Origin: Octopus sinensis
Lineage: Eukaryota
Direction of reading: 5' to 3'
DNA length: 64,000 bases
Assembly (NCBI RefSeq): GCF_006345805.1
Contig: NC_043002.1
Location: 17,794,001-17,858,000 of the forward strand
Part shown: positions 24,849 to 38,431 of the stretch, piece by piece
Position numbering within the stretch: the first letter of the stretch is position 1
Layout: every line of letters starts with the position of its first letter
Program-made: the position numbers and the translations under genes
The notes under the pieces: generated by a model
What the model was told of the DNA's origin: nothing
What the model saw: only the letters and a program-made list of their open reading frames with translations
The model's database searches: none

Positions 24849-26569
24849 ATGTTTATACTATACTAACAAACATTTCAGTACGAATGTATGGAATTCTTAA
24901 AGGTTTTCAATGTGGGAGACAAAGAGAAATTTATACGTAAATCTCTCGTTACACATGTAATAAATGTTCATTATTATTATAAGCATAATAGAGAATAAAG
25001 TAGATAATTAAATAGAATGAAGTTTCACCTTTGTCAGACATATATTTTCACAGCATGTTATATGAGGAAGATAAAGGGGGATAAACGCTCTTTTACATAT
25101 TCTTTTTGGAACTGATCTTTATTGTGATACTTGCTTTACTTTCTGCCTTGAACCCGAAAAGCACAATATCTCTCCTAATAATATTATTTTGCATAATGTA
25201 TGTTACTTTAATGACAGGATCGAAAGATTTTCTAGGAATACATGGTTATATAGTATATATGATGGTTTGTTTTGTATTTTCCCTTTTTACTCACCAAAAG
25301 ACTTTCAGACCTTATTTTGTTTTTCTTTCTCACATTTTTACAGTTCTTCTTTCGTGTACACCCATTTAAATACTAACAGCTTACATTAGTGAAACTATAA
25401 CAGTTAAACAACATTCTAGGAACAGAGACGACAATTAATCAATACCCGACGAGATATACATAATCTTTTGTGTATATGTGTGTGGGTACGCGTGTGTGTA
25501 TGGGTGCGTATGTTCGTTTGTATTTGCGTGTGTGTGTGTGTGTGTATGTGTTTGCATGTCTGTGCATGTGTGTGTGCATTTGTGTATAATTGTGTGCGTG
25601 TGTGTGTGTTTTCGTCCCATAAAATTCTTTATGAGATCTAAGTGCTAGTTTGCTTTATGGATGTATGTATGCATATACACTTTAAGAGAGTTCAAATAGG
25701 TTTTGGGATGTATTTGATCTGTAAAGAATCATTTCCACACCAAATTTAATCCAGAACAGTCCTGGATAAATTCATGTTTATCTTCTTTATCGTGTCTTGA
25801 CGAGGCAATTCCGTGAGTGTGAAAGGAGAGAAAAAGCGAGAGAAAGAGAGACATATTTTGTCGAAGAAACGATTGATTTAACTATTTTAGGCAGTACCAG
25901 AATTACCTTCGAACCTTTCAGTCTACTTATCAGACCTTTGAATACACGCACATTCACACGCACACACACACACACACACAAACACACACGTACATACAGA
26001 TATATATATTTGTGTGTGTGCGTGCATGTGTCTGGGTGCATGTGTGTGTGTGTGTGTGTATGCGTGTGAGTGTGTGGGTAGACGTGTGAATGTGTGTGTG
26101 TATGTATTAAAAGGTCTGAGAGAAAGAGAGTGAGATATCATACGAGAGACTCATACGCCATTTCGATCTAAAGTACTCTGCTCCTTGTAACAGTTTCCAT
26201 CTTCCAACTCTCTCACACCAATCCCATCCTCATTTCCTTTCCTTCTCCTCAAATTCTCTCTTTCCAGTTTTCTTCCACACACATAAACATCGCCAATCAA
26301 AAACACACACACACACATACAGAAATATACAAAAACACAGACACTCGCACACGCAAAATAACCATTTCTGCATTCTTCTGCCTTTTCTCCGAACTATCTG
26401 TTCTTCCCTTTTTTGCCTCTTCTCTTGAATTTTTCTTCGATCCGATAAAAGAGACATGGCCGAAACGTCATTTCTACTATTTTTCAATCTAAAACTTTCA
26501 CTGAGACTCATTCGCATATATTCATTACTTACGTCCAAATGGCGTCTGATGTTTCTTCCTAGATTTATC

Positions 26570-26830
26570 TGTACATAAATACATACATACATACATACAT
26601 ACATACATAAATACATATATACATAAATACATATATACATGCGTACATACATAAATACATACATACATACATACATACATACATACATACATACGTACGT
26701 ACGTACGTACGTACGTACGTACGTACATACATACGTACATACGTACATACGTACATACATAAATACATATATACGTACGTACATACATAAATACATATAT
26801 ACGTACGTACATATATACATGCATACATAC
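26570..26830. repeat. (ATAC)n/(ACGT)n microsatellite
   Basis: Directly visible. Confidence 0.95.
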
Positions 26831-27151
26831 ATACTGTAAAATATATAAAACTTTCGAGAAGTTTATCATTTCGATATATATGAGCATTCTAGATATGTAA
26901 CTATATGCATGAGAATACATACATAAAACATACATACATATATACATACATACAAAACTACCTTGTTGTTGACGTCGAAATTCCAATGAAGGAGCCTTGG
27001 ATCTAGATTGGAAACCGGTTCTTTCTCTAATGACAAGAAATCTTGAAATGAACTGAATAATGACGTACATACATACATGCATATATATATGTGTGTGTAC
27101 ATATATACAATTAAACACAGGTAAAAACACGCACGCACATACACACACACG

Positions 27152-27191
<40 letters not shown>

Positions 27192-27500
27192 AGTATATTT
27201 CTGTGTATGAATGTGTATACAGAGAAATTGCGGAAGACACACATTCATCCGTAGAAATACTGATCAATTAATGAATATATATATATAGTTGTTCAATCCG
27301 CAATTCTTCCTTCTACACCTCAAAGAATTCCTAATTGACGATAATATATACGATGCTATAAGCTGTACTTCAATGGCAATTATATTTAAAGTGTGATTCA
27401 ACAGATCAGGTTAAAAAGCTGTGAAGCGAAGAAGGGAAGAACAAATGAATGTGCGTATACATAGAGATACAAACATATGTTTGTATATATATACATATAT

Positions 27501-27536
<36 letters not shown>

Positions 27537-28231
27537 TTCTATATAAAAAGAAGAGAGAGAGAGAAAGTGAGATACACACAGACACACACACATATATATA
27601 TTTAATCACATTTGTATATATGTAACAATATAGTGAGAGTTGTGTTGGAAAGATATTACATAATTAACTGATGTATAAGGTATAATTATTTCGAAAGCTT
27701 TAGCTGGAGAACGGGAGCAGAGTTCCATGCCACAAGACAATACTATGAACCCGACACACATATATGAGCTATAAAAAGGAATTAAAGTTATCAGGAATGT
27801 ATTAGATTAGAAGAAATCAGTTAATCAGGAATGTATTAGATTAGAAGTAATCAGTTAATCCTCTGGCCATATGCACGTAAATACATCTAAATATATTTGT
27901 ACCAGCATGAAAATTTGTATATGGAAGTCCATAAGAATATGGAAAACTATAATACGACCAACTGAAGGTAGTTATAATAACGATTAATTGTATATGGAAA
28001 ACAGTGCTTCTACATATAAGTCCCCTAAGACAGAAGCTATATTCTGCGTTATGACTTCATTTACTCAGCTAATGATTTGGGGAAATAGTAGGCATCCGAT
28101 CGCCGTTTCTTACTCTTCATGCAAAATAGGAACGGTAACTGTCATCAACCAGACAAATCACATCACAAATATATCAAATTGCACTGCAGCATGGAGAGTA
28201 GATTTACATACATACACGTATTATATACATG

Positions 28232-28268
<37 letters not shown>

Positions 28269-28356
28269 ATATATATATATATATAATATATATAATACAT
28301 ATATATAGCCATGTATATGCATATATATATACATACATACATACATACACACATAC

Positions 28357-28559
28357 CTCTTTTACTCTCTTTTACTTGTTTCAGCAATTTGACTGCGGCC
28401 ATGCTGGAGCACTGCCTTTAGTCGAGCAAATTGACCCCAGGACTTATTCTTTGTAAGCCCAGTACTTATTCTATCGGTCTCCTTTGCCGAACCGCTAAGT
28501 GACGGGGACGTAAACACACCAGCATCGGTTGTCAAGCAATGCTAGGGGGACGAACACAA

Positions 28560-28648
<89 letters not shown>

Positions 28649-28805
28649 ACGACAGGCTTCTTTCAGTTTCCGTCTACCAAATCCGCTCAGAAGGCATTGG
28701 TCTGCCCGGGGCTATAGCAGAAGGCACTTGCCCAAGATGCCACGCAGTGGGACTGAACGGGGAACCATGTGGTTGGTTAGCAAGCTACTTATCACACATC
28801 CACAT
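28357..28805 (-). mobile_element. SINE family B
   Basis: Reverse complement of the family B body and head, with an expanded (TA)n middle. Confidence 0.92.
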
Positions 28806-28864
28806 GCATATATATATATATATATATATATATGGAATTTACAAAAAAAAAACAAGCAAAACAA

Positions 28865-29815
28865 AAAACGAAAAAGGGTGTTTAAACAAACAGATATATT
28901 AGTTTAACGCTCGGGAAGTGAGAAAGTCTTTTACGTTTCGAGCCTGCGCTCTTCAACAGAAAGGAACACAGAAATAAACAAAGAGAGAACATTTTGAAAA
29001 AGGGTTAGTGACTAGCGATCAATCATGGCGAATACCGGACAGTGTTGGTCAGACAGGAGAGCTAAGAAGGGAGATAATAAAGTATTAGTGATCCCAAAAC
29101 GGAGCTTCGCGTGCGTGGGTACCTGACAGCGTGCATGAACTTGTGGATAGGGGCTGCTGACCTTGACGTGTGTCTATGTGCATGTGTAGGTGTGGGTGCT
29201 GGGATGTGGTCAGTGCTAGTTTGTGCGGGGGGTGTAATGTGGTGTGGCATGGTGGTGTGTGGTGTGGCACGATATGTGTGGTTGTATGTGGTGTGGCGGT
29301 CCTGGGGAGTTGTGGCGGCGAGGGTGTTGGGTGAGGGTGGGGTACGGTAGAGTATGTGGGAGTGGCGTGTGAGGATGGGGAGGGGTATTTGGAAGTGGAA
29401 TGTGTTGGATTGGGTGGGATGTGATGTATAGGGATGGTGGAGTTGGAATGTGTAGGGGTGGCGTAATGATGGAGGGGGACTATGAAGGAAGAGGGTAGAA
29501 GGGAGAGAGTAGTTAGGAGTGAAGGGAGGAAGTAAATGTCAGAACAAGGGAGGAGAGGAGTGATGGGTGGGGGTGAAGGGAGGAAGTAGGTGTGAGAAGA
29601 GTGGAGAGGAGTTAGATGAAGAGGGGAGGAGAGTTGAGCCCATGTGGCGCAAAATAGTGAAGAGAGAAGGGTAATCCTGTCCACGGTGAAGATGGGAGTC
29701 CAGATGGCCCCTTTGCGAGGACATTCCGAACACAGACAAGTGTTGTAAAGAATGACCGGTAGAGCGGAAATAGCGCGAGACCGTGCTGCATCCGTGCATA
29801 TAATGCTCAATATTG
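28865..29815 (-). mobile_element. Penelope-like element 3' end (GIY-YIG C-terminus, low-complexity spacer, pseudo-LTR)
   Basis: Minus frame 29799: HGCSTVSRYFRSTGHSLQHLSVFG..(end of PLE endonuclease); 28880-29060 matches the repeat at 47505-47750. Confidence 0.8.
28928..28963 (-). ncRNA. Minimal type I hammerhead ribozyme fold, CUGUUGA core variant
   Basis: Reverse complement reads CUUU CUGUUGA A GAGC-GCAG-GCUC GAA AC-GU A AAAG. Confidence 0.65.
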
Positions 29816-29949
29816 TTTTTTATAGTTAATCAACGAATGCTTTTATAGGATATTGTTATCCCTGAATGAGGCTTGTAACCGTTAATTCCGCTTCTCTTAT
29901 GTATATATAATAAAACGAATGGTTTCCAGCTGGTAGCTAAACTGGTTAT

Positions 29950-29959
29950 ATTATTGTTA

Positions 29960-30009
<50 letters not shown>

Positions 30010-30092
30010 GCTGTTGTTGCTGTTGTTGTTGTTATTATTATTATTATTATCATTATTATTATTATTATTATTATTATCATTATTATTATTAT
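29950..30092. repeat. (ATT)n/(GTT)n trinucleotide tract
   Basis: Directly visible. Confidence 0.95.
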
Positions 30093-30627
30093 TGAGTGAG
30101 AGTGCAGTGCATGTCATCGCAGTGAAACGGGGGTAAAATATACAAAGCCCAGAGTAACCATCATGACTACCCGTCTGAAAAGGTTACACCAGGCACAAGC
30201 ATTACAACCATATGTCCGCGACATGTTGATCTCATATCAAGATAAACAGCGTATGATCTTGCAGGTGGGGCGCATTTATAATTTTCTTCAGATCAAAAGA
30301 TCCCTGAATAAGTGTTGTTTAAGGTGGTTGAAGGAAATTCTCCCATGATTCCAAAGATGAAATATCCAAACCCCCAAAATTCCTCTCAACACATGTCTAT
30401 AATACTCACACACTATTTCTGCTTGCGATCAGAGATGCACATATCGTCAGCCACCAAAAACATGCTCAAGTATTTAAGGTCAAATAACTGACAAGCAAAT
30501 CTGTTGTATTGAGCAGAATATTTGCTGTAGCCCATCTTTTATACCAATACAAAACAATGTACATGATAACACTTCCAATCAGTGAGGATCAGAAGCTATG
30601 GGAGCCACTGCCTGGTATTGCATCAGG
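30093..30627. repeat. Unclassified ~530 bp interspersed repeat between (ATT)n tracts
   Basis: Complex sequence bounded by ATT tracts; recalled as a common octopus repeat but class not determinable here. Confidence 0.45.
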
Positions 30628-30658
30628 GCATTCATTATTATAATAATTATTATTAATA

Positions 30659-30698
<40 letters not shown>

Positions 30699-31092
30699 GT
30701 CTTCTTTCAAATTTGCTTCCATTTCTAGCTGAGTGTCTTCCCGACACCTAGGGCAGGGAAACTCATAGTATACATCGGTAGGCCATTAAACTAAACTCAC
30801 TAGTTCGTTCATTTTTTTTTTAAAGTTAAATTAAAATAGAGGGGTAGTAATAGTTCTCACATCGACAATGCTCTTCTCATTACGTGGGATGTACCAGTTA
30901 AGACAATCGTTTGCACTTCTTGCAGGGATGGTAAGCCAGGGATCATTCTCATATAATTTTCGGTTCCCTTCTTGATCATTCCTAGTTCTCCTACGATCAC
31001 TGGTATTGTAACCGCCTTGAGATGCCACATTTTCTCAATTTCAATGAGCAGGTCTTATATTTTCTGAGCTTGTCAAACTCTTTTGCCGAGAT
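30699..31092 (-). mobile_element. R4/Dong-like RLE LINE 3' end with (TAA)n tail
   Basis: Minus translation (one frameshift) KEFDKLRKYK..LIEIEKMWHLKAVTIPVIVGELGMIKKG..LQEVQTIVLTGTSHVMRRALSM*. Confidence 0.85.
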
Positions 31093-31121
31093 ATTATTAT
31101 TATTACTATTACTATTATTAC

Positions 31122-31160
<39 letters not shown>

Positions 31161-31164
<4 letters not shown>

Positions 31165-31366
31165 TAGTTTTATTTTTATAGCGTGCTTTCACTTCACTAC
31201 CGAGGGCAGCTCTGTGTGCCTTAGGAAGTGCTGTGATTTGTTGTGATGCTCTGATGGTTATTGTATGGAAAGTGTTCTGCGTAGGATGTGTGCAGTGCTT
31301 GGTAGTGCAATTTTCTGTATGTTATATGTGTTTGTAAGTCCTGGTGTTTTTGTTATGTATTTGTCT
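31161..31366 (-). mobile_element. R4/Dong-like LINE extreme 3' end with (TAA)n tail
   Basis: DKYITKTPGLTNTYNIQKIALPSTAHILRRTLSIQ*; near-identical to 62838-63045. Confidence 0.88.
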
Positions 31367-31753
31367 ATTATTATTATTATGATTATTATTATTATTATTA
31401 TTAATATTATTACTATTATTATTATTATCATCATTGGTACCGCTATTAGTGTTACTTAAAGCAGTTTGATTCGGCCCCTTGACACTTAAAATTTCTTAGG
31501 GCTGCATGCAGAAACCTTGCTCATTGGGATCATAGTTATCATATATATATATATATGAAGCTAACGAAGGTAGCATTAATGTTTGTAGGTCTTTCAAAAT
31601 TTCCCAGCTGATCAATAGATCAATTGAGTAAACCTACCATCAGCATATCTATAATGACTACTGGAAACAGCTGTAAGCTAAATTTGATTTGATAAAGAAA
31701 CAAATATGTAATGACCATTATTTATACACTGTCTTGTATATATATATATTTTT

Positions 31754-31977
31754 TTACTACCCACAAGGGGCTAAACACAGAGGGGATAAACAAGGACAGA
31801 CAAACGGATTAAGTCGATTATATCGATCGCAGTGCGTAACTGGTACTTAATTTATCGACCCCGAAAGGATGAAAGGCAAAGTCGACCTCGGCGGAATTTG
31901 AACTCAGAACGTAACGGCAGACGAAATACGGCTACGCATTTCGCCCGGCGTGCTAACGTTTCTGCCAGCTCGCCGCC
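31754..31977 (-). mobile_element. SINE family A, full copy
   Basis: Reverse complement of 9579-9810. Confidence 0.93.
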
Positions 31978-32166
31978 TTGTATATATATATATATATATA
32001 ACACTTCGAATCGGAGAATAAATATCATTATAATATATATATTCTGTACAGTTATTATTATATAATTCATACTCTGAGCCTTACTTCCATATTAACTTTC
32101 TCCCCGTAACTCGCAAAGCCTTTCGGGTTCGATTACAAAAATATTATTTATGTAGTATCAAGCAGT

Positions 32167-32385
32167 TTACTCTTACTCTTTTACTCTTTTACTTGTTTCA
32201 GTCATTTGACTGCGGCCATGCTGGAGCACCGCCTTTAGTCGAGCAAATCGACCCCGGGACTTATTCTTTGTAAGCCCAGTACTTATTCTATCGGTCTCTT
32301 TTTGCCGAGCCGCTAAGTGACGGGGACGTAAACACACCAGCATCGGTTGTCAAGCAATGCTAGGAGGACAAACACAGACACACAA

Positions 32386-32421
<36 letters not shown>

Positions 32422-32591
32422 GTACATATATACGACAGGCTTCTTTCAGTTTCCGTCTACCAAATCCACTCACAAGGCATTGGTCGGCCCAGGGCTATAG
32501 TAGAAGACACTTGCCCAAGATGCCACGCAGTGGGACTGAACCCGGAACCATGTGGCTGCTTAGCAAGCTACTTACCATACAGCCACTCCTG
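32167..32591 (-). mobile_element. SINE family B, nearly full copy
   Basis: Reverse complement of 12694-13106. Confidence 0.93.
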
Positions 32592-33179
32592 TTTAAGTAC
32601 ATATTAACTAAAGTTGATGGAAATTGATGGGTGAGCGTTTGACCAATGAGATTCGCATGAAGCCATGAAAGCATCGAATTGTGTGTTCGATTCCGCCCGA
32701 TGTTAGCTCATCATTTTTTAGTCATTTGTTTATATTTAAAAATATCATTTCAGATCGCAGGATAAATATCATTATGATATATATTATATTCTGTTATTAT
32801 ACATAGATAGATTTATATATTTACATATGTATGAAAATACGTATATATGTTTATTTATGTAACTACGTAGATACATACACACACATACATACATATATGC
32901 ACAGGAGAACACAGAAATACGGATGAGGTGGTGAAAGACCACAGGAATAAGAATGGTAGAGTATCACCATGTTTTATTTTGTTCGCGTTCGACTTCCTCC
33001 TTGAGAACGGTTGTGTGAAACCCTGAGTAACTGTTGAACTACAATAAAACATCAAACACTTTTAATGTGCATGAAACATAATTTTTTCCTGGAGATAAAC
33101 ATATTCATAATTAAATTTTATATCCGTGAGTGTCCATGTGTGTGCATGTGTCTGTGTGTAAGTACATGTATATAAGTGA

Positions 33180-34057
33180 TAGACAGAAACATATATATAT
33201 TTTTATATATATATATATATATAATAAATATTATATATATATATATATATAAATAATATATATATATATAGAGAGAGATAGATAGATAGATATATGTATG
33301 TATGTATGTATGTATATATATAGATATATGTATGTATGTATGTATGTATATATATATATATTATATATATATATAGATATGTATGTAGTATGTATATATA
33401 TATATATATATATAGATATATGTATGTATATGTATGTATAATATATATCTATATGATATATGTATGTATGTATGTATGTATAATATATATATATATAGAT
33501 ATTATGTATGTATGTATGTATGTATATATATAATATATAGATATATGTATGTATGTATATATATAGATAGATATATGTATGTATGTATGTATGTATGTGT
33601 ATATATAATATATATATAATATATGTATGTATAGATAATGTATGTATATATATTGCATGTATATAATATATAATATATGTAGTATATATATATGTATGTA
33701 TAGATATATGTATGTATATATATATGTATGTATATATATATGTAGTATATATATATGTATGTATATATATATGTATGTATATATATATGTATGTATATAA
33801 TATGTATGTAATATTATGTATGTAGATATATAGTATGTATTATAATAGATATATAGATAGATAGATATATGTATGTATATATATATATATATAGATAGAT
33901 AGATATATGTATGTATATATGTATAGATAGATATATGTATGTATATATGTATAGATAGATATATGTATGTATATATGTATGTATAGATATATGTATGTAT
34001 ATATGTATGTATAGATATATGTATGTATATAGATATATGTATGTATATCTATCTATC

Positions 34058-34089
<32 letters not shown>

Positions 34090-34533
34090 TATATGTGTGT
34101 ATATATATATGTGTGTATATATATGTGTGTGTATATATATATATGTATATATATGTGTGTGTATATATATGTGTGTGTATATATATGTGTGTTGTATATA
34201 TATATGTGTGTGTATATATATATGTGTATATATATATATGTGTATATTATTATGTGTTATAGATATATGTGTGTGTAATATATATATGTATATATGTGTG
34301 TGTATATATATAAATCGTGTATGCATATATATGTATATATATATATATGTATATATGTGTATGTATATATATATATATGTATATAGTGTATGTTATATTA
34401 TATATATGTATGCATATATATATTATGTATATATATATATGTATGCATATATATATATATGTATATATATATATGTATATATGTGTATGTATATATATAT
34501 ATATGTATATATATATATGTATATATGTGTATG

Positions 34534-34564
<31 letters not shown>

Positions 34565-35200
34565 GTATATATGTGTATGTATATATATATATGTATGCAT
34601 ATAGATATATATGTATGTATATATATATATGTGTGTATGTATATATACATATATGTATGTATATATATATATATGTGTGTATGTATATATACATATATGT
34701 ATGTATATATATAATATATATATATATTATATATATGTATGCATATAATATATGTATATATATATATGTATGCATATATATATATTGTAATATATATATG
34801 TGTGCATATATATATGTATGCAATATATATATGTATATATATATATGTGTGCATATATATATGTATGTATATATATACATATGTGTGTATATATATATAT
34901 ATGTTGTATATATATATGTGTATAATAATATATGTGTATATATATATATATATGTGTATATATATATATGTGTATATATATATATGTGTATATATATATG
35001 TGTGTATATATATATGCATGTATATATATATATATATATATATTCATGTATATATACATATGTATACATATATATATATATATATATATATTTACATATA
35101 TGTATGTGAGCGTATATATGTCTGTATATGTATATAAATGTTTATATATATATATATATAAATGTCCAGGTACATGTGTGTGTATTTACATAAGTGTACA
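33180..35200. repeat. ~2 kb degenerate (TA)n/(TATG)n/(TG)n/(GATA)n field
   Basis: Directly visible; explains the 200+ aa YIYI ORFs. Confidence 0.97.
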
Positions 35201-35603
35201 CATATTTACATAATGCAGATGACTAAAATTTATGACGTTTTTTATGAGAGTGCAACAAATATATATTTTATCAAATAATAGACGAGATAATAATACATTC
35301 AACTAACAGAAACAAGCATCATCATAGTGAATTAAATAGTTGAATAAAAGACATAAATAAGTAAACAAAATACAGAAAATGAATAAATAAATGAAAATGA
35401 TTTAATAGTTGAAGCCATTATTTGAGATTTCTTGCATCAAATTCTTCTTTGACGCCATCTGTTGTTTTGAATGATCAAAATCTGTTGTATAATTACGATA
35501 ACTTATGGTTTGCAATTTAGATTATGTGTAACACAGATATATATATATATAACACACTTGCATATACACGTACACAGCTACATATATACATATGTATACA
35601 TAA

Positions 35604-35640
<37 letters not shown>

Positions 35641-35711
35641 CATACATATATATATACTCATACATATACCACAGGCACACAGCCAAGCACACATACACAC
35701 ACGTATCTATC

Positions 35712-35776
<65 letters not shown>

Positions 35777-35949
35777 GTGTGTGTTTATTTACATTTCAAT
35801 CTATATCTATAGCTACATCTTTAGTCGATATATTTTTATAACACTGACAAATATATACATACACACACACATATGTATATATGCACGTATATATACATAT
35901 ATATATACATATATGTACATATATATATATATATAAATATATATAATAG

Positions 35950-35991
<42 letters not shown>

Positions 35992-38029
35992 ATACAAATA
36001 TCTCCATCGTTATTTCCATGTGTGCATGTCTGCTGCTTGCGTTTGAAAGTGAATGTGTACATATGAACTTTTCGTGTTTGTATTTGGTTATATGCTTTAT
36101 GTATCGCTTACGACTTTCTTTGTCATGTTTTTGGCATATCAATAATGAAGCTTTCTCCACTTAACTCAGTTGTTTACAAGTTTCAGCTCTCTCTTATTGT
36201 TTCTTAGTTCCACGCCATCCACGTAACAGAGCAGATATAATTGTGTGTCTCTTGTTCATTCTCTCCTTCTTTTTCTGTATATCTGTCAATCTCTCTCTCC
36301 TCCTCACTTTCTCTCTCTCTACTCTCCTCCCTCTCTTTCTCTCTATATCACTGTATATACATATATTTGTATGTAAATCAATATAATTTGATAAATGTAT
36401 AAGTGTTTTGTTAATTATCAAACAGATAGCTATCTATGATAGATAAATAGATTGATAGATACATGGACAGACAGACAGACAGACAGGTAGATAGACAGAC
36501 TGACACATAGACATTTGGATAGATAAATAGATAGATAGATAGATTATGTAGATTTTGAGTTGTGTTAATGGAAACATAATAGCACCATACCAGACATTAC
36601 AGGACACCAATTTCTTACACTTTTTGTCACCGTGGTTCCCACTAAAAACTTTGAATATCAAACTGTTTTTGTTATTCGTAATTATGAGCGAGTGTCATTT
36701 TCTATTTTGTGAAACACGACGCAATATCTGACGCCTAACATAAAACATTTGTAAATAGCTAACTTAAGGACACCACATACGTGGAAAACGGAAATATTAT
36801 ATCACTGTTAACATATTCAATGAAGCCAGTTTTCCTACCTAACATATATCAGCATTAAGCTCTATGATGCAATCTCGACCAACATATTTTGCTGTCTAAA
36901 TAATCTACATGGTTTGCAATCTTCAAATAAGTTTTACAAAATCCCAATGTACAGTAGTATGATCTTAGTCTACGACCCATTGCAGTTTCGAACTCTTATG
37001 CAATTTTAAACTGCTCCATAGACAGTCTAGTCCAATGCCTCTTGCAATTCGAGCTACGTCATTTAGAATACCATATCTTTCTGTCGTTCACTTCAAAATC
37101 ACACATGGCTTTTCTGTACCTGTAGCTTTGTCGTTCTATTATAAGTACCCGAATGATGTTGTTAGTGTAAGAAACTTTTCACGTATATTCAAGTGTAGCA
37201 TCCTTCTGTAGAATATATATATTGGCTACACGCTATATTTTCCAACACTAGGCCGTAGGGAGGATGATGCTCGCCTTTTAGTGCTTGCTTTTTAATCTAA
37301 TCTGAAGTTTAGTACCAACGGTCGCTGCTTCGGTACCGCTAGCGGCGACAACACGGGTGCAAGCTTTTATAAAAGAGTGTTGGTCTGAAAAAATTACGAT
37401 CTCACCATCTTTCAGTCACCATTCGCTGGGACCCGAAAGAAATATCACCGAAACTCCTCGGGTTAAGACACCATAAAAGAAAATATATTTTAAATATGTT
37501 AGTTTGACGACTTCGGCTATATATGTACGTGTGAAAATGTAACATGTTTTTTATCATTTTGCCCCTGTCATACTTGATCTAGACATATTATGCATAATGT
37601 TTCAGAAGTGACCAAACCATTCTCTTTCCATTACCAGACTTGTATAGCTGGGATTAATCTAGTATGTGAAGAGGATATATCGTAGCTTGAGAGACGTTCG
37701 TTTGATTACAGTAGCAGTTCGAATAATTATGTAGAAAATTCCTCTTTGGCTTCACCTACGGCGTACGATCTACGTGCTGGTGATCCATCAGGCTCATGTT
37801 ATGTCACCCTTTCCCTCATGATTCCAGCATTAAAGGTGTTCCTCTAAAAAACGTAAAGCGTTTATCCTGTATTTATCTCTCGTGACTTTACGGATTTTTC
37901 ACTCGTTGATGATGTCTTTTAATTATTATGTATTTTACATATATATACATACATGCATACATACACACATACACACACACACAACACACACACACACACA
38001 CACATATATATATTTATATATGAAATTAA

Positions 38030-38390
38030 TTTTATGGGCTCCTCGTGAGCAGCCGTCGAAAAGCTTGTTGTGCATTTTGTTGGAGAATTAAGTTCCTGGA
38101 TTTTCCTGAAGAGAAAGCTGCATAATGGACTCCTTATTCACTCGGAATTAGGGACTTTGCAGACTTCGAAACATATGTCGAAAATAAAATAAAGGAATTT
38201 TGTTAAATCTTCATTCAGCTCCATTCTTTCCTATACTTAATATATAAAACTTCAAATTTCCGCACTAAGGCACGGAATTTATGCCCCATGGTCGTAACTT
38301 CAACCGTGCCTTTTCTGTTGTGAGTTTTGCTACCCAGGTATCGGTTATCTTTCGAATTATCCGTAATAAGATAATTTATTTGTCCACTTA
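38030..38390 (+). mobile_element. Probable solo Penelope-like pseudo-LTR
   Basis: Complex island between TA tracts carrying a hammerhead fold; class inferred from the ribozyme architecture. Confidence 0.55.
38100..38185 (+). ncRNA. Type I hammerhead ribozyme with canonical core and long stem II
   Basis: Stem I AUUUUC (38100-05)/GAAAAU (38180-85); CUGAAGA 38106-12; stem II 38113-38167 closed by G-C; GAA; palindromic stem III ACAUAUGU; GUC cleavage triplet ending at 38179. Confidence 0.85.
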
Positions 38391-38431
38391 TATATATATA
38401 TGTATATATATTATATATTAGATAAAATCTT

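Noticed and set aside
26435-26480. Hammerhead-like CCGATAA..GGCCGAAACGTC
   Set aside because: Two core mismatches and no convincing stem II; at most a dead relic.
26975-27035. CCAATGAAGG..GGAAACCGGTTC with a palindromic stem III
   Set aside because: The core does not match CUGANGA or a compensated variant, and stem I is unclear.
29085-29810. 241 aa Pro/His/Thr-rich ORF
   Set aside because: Off-frame Penelope end plus a low-complexity spacer.
33000-33045. CTTGAGAACGG..GTGAAACCCTGAGTAAC, resembling the 47860 hammerhead family
   Set aside because: Core and stem I are not recoverable.
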